Source of the DNA: an uncultured Zetaproteobacteria bacterium
GTDB taxonomy: Bacteria > Pseudomonadota > Zetaproteobacteria > Mariprofundales > Mariprofundaceae
Assembly: GCA_964509005.1 (NCBI GenBank)
Contig: CAZDWG010000002.1
Span: 1 to 26,450 of the forward strand
Reading direction: 5' to 3'
Length of the DNA stretch: 26,450 nucleotides
Made by a program: the position numbers and the translations under genes. The notes beneath the pieces are model-generated. The model did not search any database. It saw only the letters and a list, made by a program, of their open reading frames with translations, and was not told the origin of the DNA. Shown here one piece after another: positions 9,332-17,328 of the stretch (the stretch's first letter is position 1; each line of letters begins with the position of its first letter).

Positions 9332-9958
9332 CTAGCTTCGATCCTGTTTCTGCATTTTTTCAACTTTTCTCTTCAACTCAGTGATAAAGCCATTAATCCC
9401 GTTTTGGCTGACCGACTGTCCGAAGTCGGAGCGGAAAGTGCTAACCATGCTGATACCTTCCACCTTGATATCATATATCTTCCATCCTGTTCTTCTGTGT
9501 ACCAGCCGATAGCGCACTGGCGTTCTTTTTTCAGCGTCAACGACAACGGAATCAACGATGGCCACCCGGCCCTTGATTCTTACTTTACCGTACTCAACGG
9601 TTTGATCATGGTATCCGGACAAACGATCACCGTAGGAACGTTCGAGCAGTTCACGGAAGATACCCACAAATTCAGCGCGCTGCGCCTTGTCCATCTTCCT
9701 CCATGGCCTGCCCAGTGAGCGTTTCGCCATTTCGTGGAAGTCAAAGTAAGCCTTTATGGCCTGATGGATGGCTTCGCGATCCTTTATCGTAATGATTTTC
9801 TTGTTTTGTCGCGATTTCAGTATATGAATCACGCCATTCACGGCGGTTTCGACGGCTATTTTCGGAGTATTGACTATGTTTGGAACCGCGGGTTCAGCAA
9901 CGGCAAATGCAGGAAGGGCGATGGCCAGCGTGAATGAGAATAGAAGTGTCTTTAACAT
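9332..9958 (-). CDS. mlaC: Periplasmic phospholipid-binding protein MlaC/Ttg2D
   Basis: Signal peptide; FDFHEMAKRSLGRPW and WKIYDIKVEGISMVSTFRSDF motifs; downstream of mlaD. Confidence 0.9.
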   Translation of the reverse strand: MLKTLLFSFTLAIALPAFAVAEPAVPNIVNTPKIAVETAVNGVIHILKSRQNKKIITIKDREAIHQAIKAYFDFHEMAKRSLGRPWRKMDKAQRAEFVGIFRELLERSYGDRLSGYHDQTVEYGKVRIKGRVAIVDSVVVDAEKRTPVRYRLVHRRTGWKIYDIKVEGISMVSTFRSDFGQSVSQNGINGFITELKRKVEKMQKQDRS

Positions 9959-9970
9959 GATTGATCTCCC

Positions 9971-10423
9971 TTATTGAGATTTGCTGTCGAAAATATATTT
10001 GGCTACCAGGTCTTCCAGGCTGATGGCTGATTCTGTTTCCCCAATAGAACCCCCACTCTTCAGGTAGGTATCGTCCGCTCCCTGGGAAAGGCGAATGAAA
10101 CGGTCCCCGATAATGCCCTTGGTGCGGATCGAGGCAATTACGTCCGTTGTCAGTTTAATGCCATTATGAATGTGCAGGGTGAGCTCGGCCTGATCATCTT
10201 TGGTCAGGCGTACACCAGCCACACGTCCTACAACCACGCCGGCAATCATGATATCAGCACCTGAGCGCATACCACCGATATTATCGAAATCAGCGGTTAC
10301 ATTGTAACCCGATGCGCCTAACCCGCCAACCTCTCCAAGTTTCAAGGCCATGTAAAACATACCCGCAATGCCAATGAATACAAAGATTCCAACGACTATT
10401 TCGATACGTTTATATTCACTCAT
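9971..10423 (-). CDS. mlaD: MCE-domain protein MlaD
   Basis: N-terminal TM IEIVVGIFV; FDNIGGMRSGADIMIAGVVVGRV; IRTKGIIGDRFIRLSQG. Confidence 0.92.
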   Translation of the reverse strand: MSEYKRIEIVVGIFVFIGIAGMFYMALKLGEVGGLGASGYNVTADFDNIGGMRSGADIMIAGVVVGRVAGVRLTKDDQAELTLHIHNGIKLTTDVIASIRTKGIIGDRFIRLSQGADDTYLKSGGSIGETESAISLEDLVAKYIFDSKSQ

Positions 10424-10444
10424 GGTTTGCTCCAGGGTTATTTG

Positions 10445-11224
10445 TCACAGGAAAAACGAGGTAAGGATATAGTCCAGCACCAGGATGCCGACCGATGAGA
10501 ATACAACGGCCTGCGTCGTCGCCTTGCCAACGCCTTCCGTGGTTGGCGTGGCGCGGTAGCCGATGTAGGTACAGATAACGCCAACCAAAAAACCGAAACC
10601 GACTGCTTTAATCCAGCCGGCATTGATGTCGTGCGTCGTAATCTTGGCTTGCATTTCGGCAATAAAGGCACCCGGATTTACGCCCAAAAGATGCACGCCG
10701 ACGATGTATCCCGAGGCCATGCCGAAGAGATCAAAGATGGCAATAAGCAGGGGTAATGCCAAGGTGGCGGCGATAATGCGCGGCATGATAATGCGTGCGC
10801 GGGGGTTGACTGCCATCATCTCAAGGGCATCCACCTGCTCGGTGACGCGCATAATACCAATCTCCGCCGTAATGGCCGATCCTGCGCGGGCGGTCAGCAT
10901 CAAAGCGCCCAGTACGGGCCCCAGTTCGCGGATAATCGCCAGCGCAATGCCTGCACCCAGCATGGATTCGGAGCCAAATTTTGCCAGGGTGTAATAGCCC
11001 TGAAGGGCCAGCACCATGCCGGTGAAGGTGCCGGTCAATGCAATAATCATCAGCGACCCGACGCCAATATTAAACATCTGAATAATGATATGCCGCCCCT
11101 GCCATGGGCGCGTTGCCAGCAAACCGAGGGATGCACAGCTAAGCGTGGTGGCATCTCCCAGCCAGGACAACATGCGCAGGGAACGTCGCCCCAGTTGGCC
11201 AAATGTTGTAACGGCGATATTCAC
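10445..11224 (-). CDS. mlaE: ABC permease MlaE
   Basis: IIRELGPVL.ALMLTARAGSAITAEIGIMRVTEQVDALEMMAVNP motif; GTG start overlaps the mlaF stop. Confidence 0.93.
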   Translation of the reverse strand: MNIAVTTFGQLGRRSLRMLSWLGDATTLSCASLGLLATRPWQGRHIIIQMFNIGVGSLMIIALTGTFTGMVLALQGYYTLAKFGSESMLGAGIALAIIRELGPVLGALMLTARAGSAITAEIGIMRVTEQVDALEMMAVNPRARIIMPRIIAATLALPLLIAIFDLFGMASGYIVGVHLLGVNPGAFIAEMQAKITTHDINAGWIKAVGFGFLVGVICTYIGYRATPTTEGVGKATTQAVVFSSVGILVLDYILTSFFL

Positions 11225-12030
11225 TGGGCTAACCTTACGGTTCCGGGCTTATGCAGCAAATCGTCAATATACGAAGTGGTGCTGCGCGAGAACGGGATAG
11301 GTCCGTCGGGGCGCCCTTCGATGAATTGTCTGACGCGCTCATCCGTGCTATGCCGGATATCATCTGCACTGCCTTCGGCGATGACGCACCCTTGCCATAG
11401 CAATAGCACATGATCGGCAATGGATAATCCAGCTTCCACATCATGGGTGACAACGACTGATGTGCGGTGTGATTTTTCAGCCATGTCATGAATCAGGGAT
11501 ATGATGACTCCTGCGGAAATAGGGTCCAGACCGGAAGTCGGTTCATCAAAGAACACGATGGCCGGATCCATGGCGATGGCGCGGGCCAGTGCCACACGCT
11601 TAGCCATGCCGCCGGACAATTCGGATGGCATCAGGCAACCCATGCTACGCAAGCCCACCTGCTCCAGCTTCATGGTGACGATGGTGCGAATTACATCCTC
11701 GTCGAGGTCGGTGTGTTCGTGCAGGGTGAAGGCGACATTGTTGTAAACATTGAGTGAATTGAGCAGGGCCGAGTACTGAAAGACCATGCCCATGGATTCG
11801 CGCAGCTCATACAGGCGCTTGCGCGGCATGTGGACAAAATCTTCTTCCTTATACCGGATGTCACCTGAAGTCGGGGGTTCCAGACCGGCGATCAGACGCA
11901 ACAGCGTCGTTTTTCCGGAACCGGATCCTCCCATAATTACTGTTGTTTTATGTTCGCGCACATGCATGCTCACTCCATCCAATGCGGACGTGGAGCCATA
12001 TGTTTTGCAAAGCGATGTGCAATGAATCAA
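11221..12030 (-). CDS. mlaF: ABC ATPase MlaF
   Basis: Walker A GGSGSGKT, signature LSGGM, Walker B FFDEP, H-loop VTHD; TTG start with AGGAAGG RBS. Confidence 0.92.
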   Translation of the reverse strand: MIHCTSLCKTYGSTSALDGVSMHVREHKTTVIMGGSGSGKTTLLRLIAGLEPPTSGDIRYKEEDFVHMPRKRLYELRESMGMVFQYSALLNSLNVYNNVAFTLHEHTDLDEDVIRTIVTMKLEQVGLRSMGCLMPSELSGGMAKRVALARAIAMDPAIVFFDEPTSGLDPISAGVIISLIHDMAEKSHRTSVVVTHDVEAGLSIADHVLLLWQGCVIAEGSADDIRHSTDERVRQFIEGRPDGPIPFSRSTTSYIDDLLHKPGTVRLAQ

Positions 12031-12114
12031 ACTGGTTACCTTCCTGTTTATTGAAGCCGCAGGCTAGCGGATAACTTGGACGCGGCAAGGTATGGTGATA
12101 TTACAGCATGGCAA

Positions 12115-12461
12115 TCGGAATACCAGACGGATTAAAGAGTTGCGGCATGTACCGTATGTCAATGTCGGATCCTGGGTGCCATTTCGCAATGGACTCTAAA
12201 AGCAGGTTCCAGCTTGATAGCCATAAAAAGTACTTGAAATATATCTTTTGTGGTGTCAGTATCTCGCTGTGGGAGTACAATGATTCGATTCTAACCCAAA
12301 ATCCGGCGTTGACTGTGGATGCAGGGTGTAAGCCTTTGGCTCGTGGGACGTTTCGAGAAATCATGTGGTCACCTCATTGGTGGTGAATAATTTCTCGGAA
12401 TACCAGATCGATTAAAGGGCTGTGGCGTGGGCCGTATGTCGATGTCGGATCATGGGTTCCA
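12115..12461 (+). repeat. Two 67-bp imperfect direct repeats 280 bp apart (12115-12181, 12395-12461) in the mlaF / cyt c divergent intergenic region
   Basis: Gapless alignment with 56/67 identities by hand count (TCGGAATACCAGA..ATTAAAG..TG.GGC.TG..CCGTATGTC.ATGTCGGATC.TGGGT.CCA). Confidence 0.85.
12214..12227. promoter_or_regulatory. Possible FNR/CRP-family box TTGAT-AGCC-ATAAA
   Basis: 9/10 match to TTGAT-N4-ATCAA, ~290 bp upstream of the oxidase operon; no clear matching -10 element. Confidence 0.35.
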
Positions 12462-12518
12462 AGAGGTTCAATTTAGATTGTGAAGCATACAAAAACAAAA
12501 ATATATGGAGGTATTTAA

Positions 12519-12902
12519 ATGAGAAAAATATTATTGATGGCAGGTGCGCTTGCTTTGGTGTTTACCGTACTGCCGGTATCCAGTGCCCATGCGAGTCCGG
12601 AATCAAAATGTAAGGTATGTCACAATTTCTCAGCTAAAAATAAAGTTGGCCCTGGATTGAAGGGGGTTTTCGGCAGAAAGGCTGGCATGCATCCTGGATT
12701 CAGGTATAAGTTCACGAAGTATATCAAGAAGGGAGGCGGCTGGACGTGGGATGAGGCGCACCTGCGCAAGTGGATACTGAACAGCAAGAAGGCGGTCAAG
12801 GAATTTACCGGCAACAAGAGGGCTAAAACCAAGATGCCGCCACAGCATATGAAAGGTGCCAAGGCCGATGCAATCATTGCATTCTTGAAGGGCTTGAAGT
12901 AA
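12519..12902 (+). CDS. Periplasmic class I (c2-like) monoheme cytochrome c
   Basis: Signal peptide ending AHA; CKVCH; KVGPGLKGVFGRKAG; TKMP Met ligand; GGAGG RBS. Confidence 0.93.
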   Translation: MRKILLMAGALALVFTVLPVSSAHASPESKCKVCHNFSAKNKVGPGLKGVFGRKAGMHPGFRYKFTKYIKKGGGWTWDEAHLRKWILNSKKAVKEFTGNKRAKTKMPPQHMKGAKADAIIAFLKGLK

Positions 12903-12931
12903 TTCTCGTAAAATGACAATAGGAGGGTAAA

Positions 12932-13687
12932 ATGAACGAAGGAATTAAACACTATACTGTACATTGGCATACCAGTCCGTTCCCCATGATGGTGGGATTC
13001 GGTGCGGGTCTATTTTTACCATGGGCTTTTATGCTGCAATTCAACTATACGCAGCCAACCGCCGCGCTGGTTTGTCTGGCTATCGGCGTTGCATTAACCA
13101 TTGCCGGAGGTCTTGGCTGGGCGGGTGAAACGATTGGCGTGATCGACGATGAAGGTTGGGCTCCGTCGGCTATGTTAATGTTTATTGGCACCGAGATTAT
13201 GACCATCGCTGCCATATTGGCTGGCTACTGGGTTGTCCGCTTGGGCGCGACGGTATGGCCGCCCGCCGGCACGCCGAAAATTGATGCCTTAGAGCCTCTC
13301 ATTGCAACCCTTATTCTGATTGCTTCCAGTATCACGATTGGTTTTGCGCGCAAGCGGGAGATTGATGGAGATGCGTCCGGTTTTGTTAAGATGGTATTGC
13401 TGTCCGCTGCGATCTGGGTGGTTTTCATGGTGATGCTCATTTCCAATTGGAGCCATCTGGCAAGTGAGGGCTTTAACATCGGCACGAATGGCTACTCAAC
13501 CGTGCTTTACGGACTTACGGGTATCCATTTTGCTCATGTGGTGATTGGTCTGCTGGTAATGTTGGCCTGCCTGCCGAGCGCCTTTAAGGGCAGGCTGAGC
13601 TTTTCCTACACCCGCGCCATGACCATGTATGTCCACTTCGTCAATGTGCTCGGTCTCTGGGTGCTGTTCCAGGTCTATTACATTTAA
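12932..13687 (+). CDS. coxC: Cytochrome c oxidase subunit III
   Basis: Seven TM segments; HTSPFP, GTE, WPPAGTP and LTGIHFAHV motifs; YVHFVN (canonical YWHFVD). Confidence 0.88.
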   Translation: MNEGIKHYTVHWHTSPFPMMVGFGAGLFLPWAFMLQFNYTQPTAALVCLAIGVALTIAGGLGWAGETIGVIDDEGWAPSAMLMFIGTEIMTIAAILAGYWVVRLGATVWPPAGTPKIDALEPLIATLILIASSITIGFARKREIDGDASGFVKMVLLSAAIWVVFMVMLISNWSHLASEGFNIGTNGYSTVLYGLTGIHFAHVVIGLLVMLACLPSAFKGRLSFSYTRAMTMYVHFVNVLGLWVLFQVYYI

Positions 13688-14623
13688 GTGCGGGCGATTT
13701 TGGCTATGCGATATTCGTTCCTGCCTTCCCTGCGGCACATAGGCATGTTGCGGCGGGACTGGTTTCGGCTAGTTCTGGCTCTGGCCTGCCTGTTTGCGAT
13801 ATTGGGGACTGGAGTGCTCATGTTTCCCGGGACTGCCCAAGCCTCCTATAAATCAACGATGATGGCTCCGACGTCGGAGATTGATCCAGAGGTTTTCCGT
13901 ATCAACGAGGGACATTTTCTGGGTGGAAAGGTTGATGGGAGTTATATACTTCAGGATGCATCCGGGAACAGCTTCAAGCTTGGCGACATGTTTGGCAAAC
14001 CGCTGGTTCTGGTGCTCTCCTACTTTACCTGTGATGGTGCTTGTCCGGTGGTCAACCGTAGGCTAGCCAATACCCTGAAGGGGGTGAATCGCTGGAAACT
14101 TGGTAAGGACTACAATGTCCTGACTGTTTCGTTTGATCGGCATGATACGCCGACAACGATGCGAGCCTTTATGCACGAGATGGGTTTCGGCCAGTTGCCG
14201 AAGGGATGGCGCATGGCAACCATGCGGAACCGGAAGGATATTGACCGGCTTGCCGGTTCAATCGGTTTCAAGTTTTTCTGGTCGCCAAGGGATCGTATTT
14301 TCCTGCATTCGATGGTTTACACTGTGCTTTCGCCCAAGGGCCAGATCGCGCGCTATCTCTATGTTGGGAAAGCGGATTCGTATGATTTTGGTCTGGCGAT
14401 TACCGAAGCCATGGGCGGGGAGATTTCCCCGGCGAACATCATGGATTATGTGGTGGCCGCCTGTCACAGCTACTCCTACAAGGATGGAAAATACAAGCTC
14501 AATATTCCCCTGTTCGTGATGTTTGGCGCGCTTGCGGCTGGAGTGGTGCTGATGGTCGGAGGATTTATGATTGCAAAACGCAAGAGAAAGAGACTCGATA
14601 AGGGTATGATTACTGCGGTATAA
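13688..14623 (+). CDS. SCO1/SenC-family copper chaperone (caa3-cluster type, C-terminal TM)
   Basis: YFTCDGACP CxxxC motif; LTVSFD; FLHS His ligand; ACHSYSYKDGKY followed by a TM helix. Start codon uncertain (GTG 13688 or a later ATG). Confidence 0.85.
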   Translation: MRAILAMRYSFLPSLRHIGMLRRDWFRLVLALACLFAILGTGVLMFPGTAQASYKSTMMAPTSEIDPEVFRINEGHFLGGKVDGSYILQDASGNSFKLGDMFGKPLVLVLSYFTCDGACPVVNRRLANTLKGVNRWKLGKDYNVLTVSFDRHDTPTTMRAFMHEMGFGQLPKGWRMATMRNRKDIDRLAGSIGFKFFWSPRDRIFLHSMVYTVLSPKGQIARYLYVGKADSYDFGLAITEAMGGEISPANIMDYVVAACHSYSYKDGKYKLNIPLFVMFGALAAGVVLMVGGFMIAKRKRKRLDKGMITAV

Positions 14624-14664
14624 GAGTTGTTAGCAGAGAATTATAAAAGCATAGGAGGAAAGAA

Positions 14665-15477
14665 ATGAAAATGAAATCGTTCGTGTATAAGGTGCTGGGA
14701 GCGCTGCTTGCACTGCCTTTGATTCCTACGCTGGTCTATGCATTTCAGATGCAGACAGCGACCAGGAATAATTATGGGGGCTTGACGCCACAGGCTCACT
14801 GGGAGCAGGTGTGGACAGAGGTGATGTGGGACATCACCGTTATCGGCGCGATTTACTTTGTCGTGTCCTTATTCTTTCTATTTAAATACAGGAGGAAAAG
14901 CCATGCTCAGGTTGGCAAATCGCCTAAACTTTCCGCGCAGGCTCTGCTCGGCTGGGTCATCATTCCCTGCATGTTGTTCCTGGGGGATGACCTGTTCCTG
15001 TATGTCAAGGCCTTTGCGCTACACGATCAGATGCGCGAAGTGCCTGCCGATGCCCGGACCATCAAGGTAACCGCCTCCATGTGGAACTGGAATTACGATT
15101 ACGGCAATGGCGTGGACACGGACATGGTGTTGCGCGTGCCGGTTGGAAAGCCGGTCATCTTTCGCATGACCAGTGACGATGTTATCCATTCCCATTATCT
15201 GGATGGTTACCACGAGACCGAGGATGTGATGCCGGGCCGTGTGACCTGGGAATGGTTCATGCCGGTCAAGCTTGGCACGTCGGTGATTACCTGCCGTGAA
15301 TACTGCGGTGCGAATCACTCCAAGATGTACGCCAAGCTTATCGTGATGAAACAGGCCGATTACGATGCCTGGATGACGAAGGCCAAGGCCGAGTCGAAAG
15401 CCGATTCGGGCCATCAGCTTGCCATGACCACTAAAGCAGAGATAACAAGCAACAGGAATAAAGGAGGAAAGCTATGA
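14665..15477 (+). CDS. coxB: Cytochrome c oxidase subunit II (CuA, no fused heme c)
   Basis: Signal peptide, two TM helices, DVIHS and CREYCGANHSKM CuA ligands; ATGA overlap with coxA. Confidence 0.93.
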   Translation: MKMKSFVYKVLGALLALPLIPTLVYAFQMQTATRNNYGGLTPQAHWEQVWTEVMWDITVIGAIYFVVSLFFLFKYRRKSHAQVGKSPKLSAQALLGWVIIPCMLFLGDDLFLYVKAFALHDQMREVPADARTIKVTASMWNWNYDYGNGVDTDMVLRVPVGKPVIFRMTSDDVIHSHYLDGYHETEDVMPGRVTWEWFMPVKLGTSVITCREYCGANHSKMYAKLIVMKQADYDAWMTKAKAESKADSGHQLAMTTKAEITSNRNKGGKL

Positions 15478-17156
15478 CTGGTGAAACATTTATGGGTTTT
15501 GTAGGACATGAGCCAAACGGCAAGCCCGGTTGGCCGAAAACAGCCAAGGAGTGGTTGTTCACGCTTGACCACAAGGTCATTGGCATCTGGTATCTGATCG
15601 GCGCTCTTGCAGCTTTTGCTGTGGCTGGTATTTGTGCCATGTTGATGCGTATCCAACTGGGCAGCCTCGGCCCGACTCTCACTGGCGATGGTAACGTCTA
15701 TAACCTGTGGCTGACCATGCATGGGGCGGTGATGATTCTGGGATTCCAGATTCCGGCATTGCTGGGTTTTGTTGCCAACTATGCCGTACCCATGATGATC
15801 GGGGCCAAGGATATGGCCTTTCCGCGCGTCAATGCGTTGAGCGTATGGTTGTTGTGGTCGGGTATTCTTCTGGCCTTGGCCAATCTGGTGATCCCCGATC
15901 ACTTCAACGGTATGTGGACCGGTTATCCGCCGTATTCCGAGACGTCTATGGCGGGTAATACGGCACTGTATTCATCGGTGGTCGTTGTGCTGGGCATGGC
16001 ATCCGTATTCGGTGCGGTGAATCTGGCCTGTACGGTGGCCTTCATGCGCTGTAAGGGTATGGGTTGGTTTCAGATGCCGATGACCTGCTGGGGCGTGTTC
16101 ACGGCCAATATCATCCAGTTGATCTTTGTGCCAGTACTGGCTGCTTCGGTGTTGCTGCTGTCAATGGACAAGTATCTGGGCTTCGGCTTCTATAATCCGG
16201 ATTTGGGTGGTGACGTGCTGCTGTATCAGAACCTGTTCTGGTTCTATTCGCATCCGGCCGTGTATGTGATTTTACTGCCGTTCGTGGGGCTCATTTTCGA
16301 GATATTCTCGGTGTCATCTAAAAACATGGTCTTCAGCTACAAAGCGACGGTCTTTGCCGTGCTGGCTTTTATTCCGGCTAGCGCCGATGTCTGGGCGCAT
16401 CATGCCTTCGTAGCGGGTTTGCCGGGTTGGTTCAATTTGCTGATGTCGTTCACCTCGCTGCTGATTTCATTGCCCTTTGGCCTGTTGATGCTCAGTATGG
16501 TGGGTACGCTATACAAGGGTGCTATCCACTATTCCGGTCCGATGATCTGGGCTCTGGGTGCCTGGGTGATGCTTATTTTAGGCGGTTTGACCGGCATTCC
16601 AAACGCCCTCGCCGCCGTGGACTACGGCATCTCGGATTCCTACGCCATCATGAGTCACTTTCACTATGTCATGGCGATAGCCGGCACCATGGCCACCTTT
16701 GGAGCTATATTCTACTGGTTCCCGAAGATGACCGGGCGCGTATGCAACGAAATGCTGACTAAGCTCTCGGGCATTGGTTTCTTTATCGGCATGAATGTGG
16801 TAATGGCACCGCTGTATATCGCCGGTGTCGCGGGTATGCCGCGCCGCTATATGGATTATCAACAGTTTGCCAATAATGCCACCATCGTTGATGCGCAGCA
16901 CATCGCCACGATGGGTGCCTATATCACTTTCGTCAGTGTGTTACTGACGCTGGTGGCGTGGATTCACGGCATGCTCAAGGGTGAGAAGTCATCGCAGAAC
17001 CCTTGGGGATCACAATCGCTGGAATGGACGTCTACCGCGCTTGTTGCCGGGCAAGGTAATTTCCCGACTCCGGTGGAGGTTGCCAAAGACTGGCATCCGT
17101 ACAACTACATCAACAATCCGAAGCCGACGTTCCAGCCTCACCCGGCGGAGGGCTAA
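15474..17156 (+). CDS. coxA: Heme-copper oxidase subunit I, family A type A2 (YSHPAVY), K-channel residues absent
   Basis: All six His ligands (TMHG, H260 in YSHPAVY, H309/H310 in VWAHH, H395/H397 in HFH), cross-link Tyr264, GMPRRY, and D-channel D113 in GAKDMAFPRVN. Confidence 0.93.
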   Translation: MTGETFMGFVGHEPNGKPGWPKTAKEWLFTLDHKVIGIWYLIGALAAFAVAGICAMLMRIQLGSLGPTLTGDGNVYNLWLTMHGAVMILGFQIPALLGFVANYAVPMMIGAKDMAFPRVNALSVWLLWSGILLALANLVIPDHFNGMWTGYPPYSETSMAGNTALYSSVVVVLGMASVFGAVNLACTVAFMRCKGMGWFQMPMTCWGVFTANIIQLIFVPVLAASVLLLSMDKYLGFGFYNPDLGGDVLLYQNLFWFYSHPAVYVILLPFVGLIFEIFSVSSKNMVFSYKATVFAVLAFIPASADVWAHHAFVAGLPGWFNLLMSFTSLLISLPFGLLMLSMVGTLYKGAIHYSGPMIWALGAWVMLILGGLTGIPNALAAVDYGISDSYAIMSHFHYVMAIAGTMATFGAIFYWFPKMTGRVCNEMLTKLSGIGFFIGMNVVMAPLYIAGVAGMPRRYMDYQQFANNATIVDAQHIATMGAYITFVSVLLTLVAWIHGMLKGEKSSQNPWGSQSLEWTSTALVAGQGNFPTPVEVAKDWHPYNYINNPKPTFQPHPAEG

Positions 17157-17171
17157 AGCTCGGGCCAGAGG

Positions 17172-17214
17172 ATGCGCACCCTCACCTCCCTTGCTCCGGG
17201 GTGCGCATTCTTTT
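17172..17214 (+). terminator. Probable intrinsic terminator after coxA
   Basis: Perfect 10-bp stem ATGCGCACCC (17172-81)/GGGTGCGCAT (17199-208) followed by TCTTTT. Confidence 0.6.
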
Positions 17215-17225
17215 GGGCGCGGAAA

Positions 17226-17239
17226 TTGATTCAGGTCAA
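17226..17239. promoter_or_regulatory. FNR-like box TTGAT-TCAG-GTCAA upstream of heme O synthase
   Basis: 9/10 match to the FNR consensus. It lies right after the terminator, with an AT-rich TAACAAT at 17262-68, about 30 bp from the box centre as in class II FNR promoters. Confidence 0.6.
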
Positions 17240-17328
17240 TGCCCGTGTTGGCGGTTAATGTTAACAATCATTGCTAAGGAAAATACGGGGAATCAAGAAG
17301 TACGCGATGCAGACTGTGGAGGACTTCA

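Noticed and set aside
12108-12386. 92-aa ORF covering repeat copy 1 (GIPDGLKSCG... vs GIPDRLKGCG... in copy 2)
   Set aside because: Differences between the copies show no third-position bias, and copy 2 has no start in that frame; treated as non-coding.
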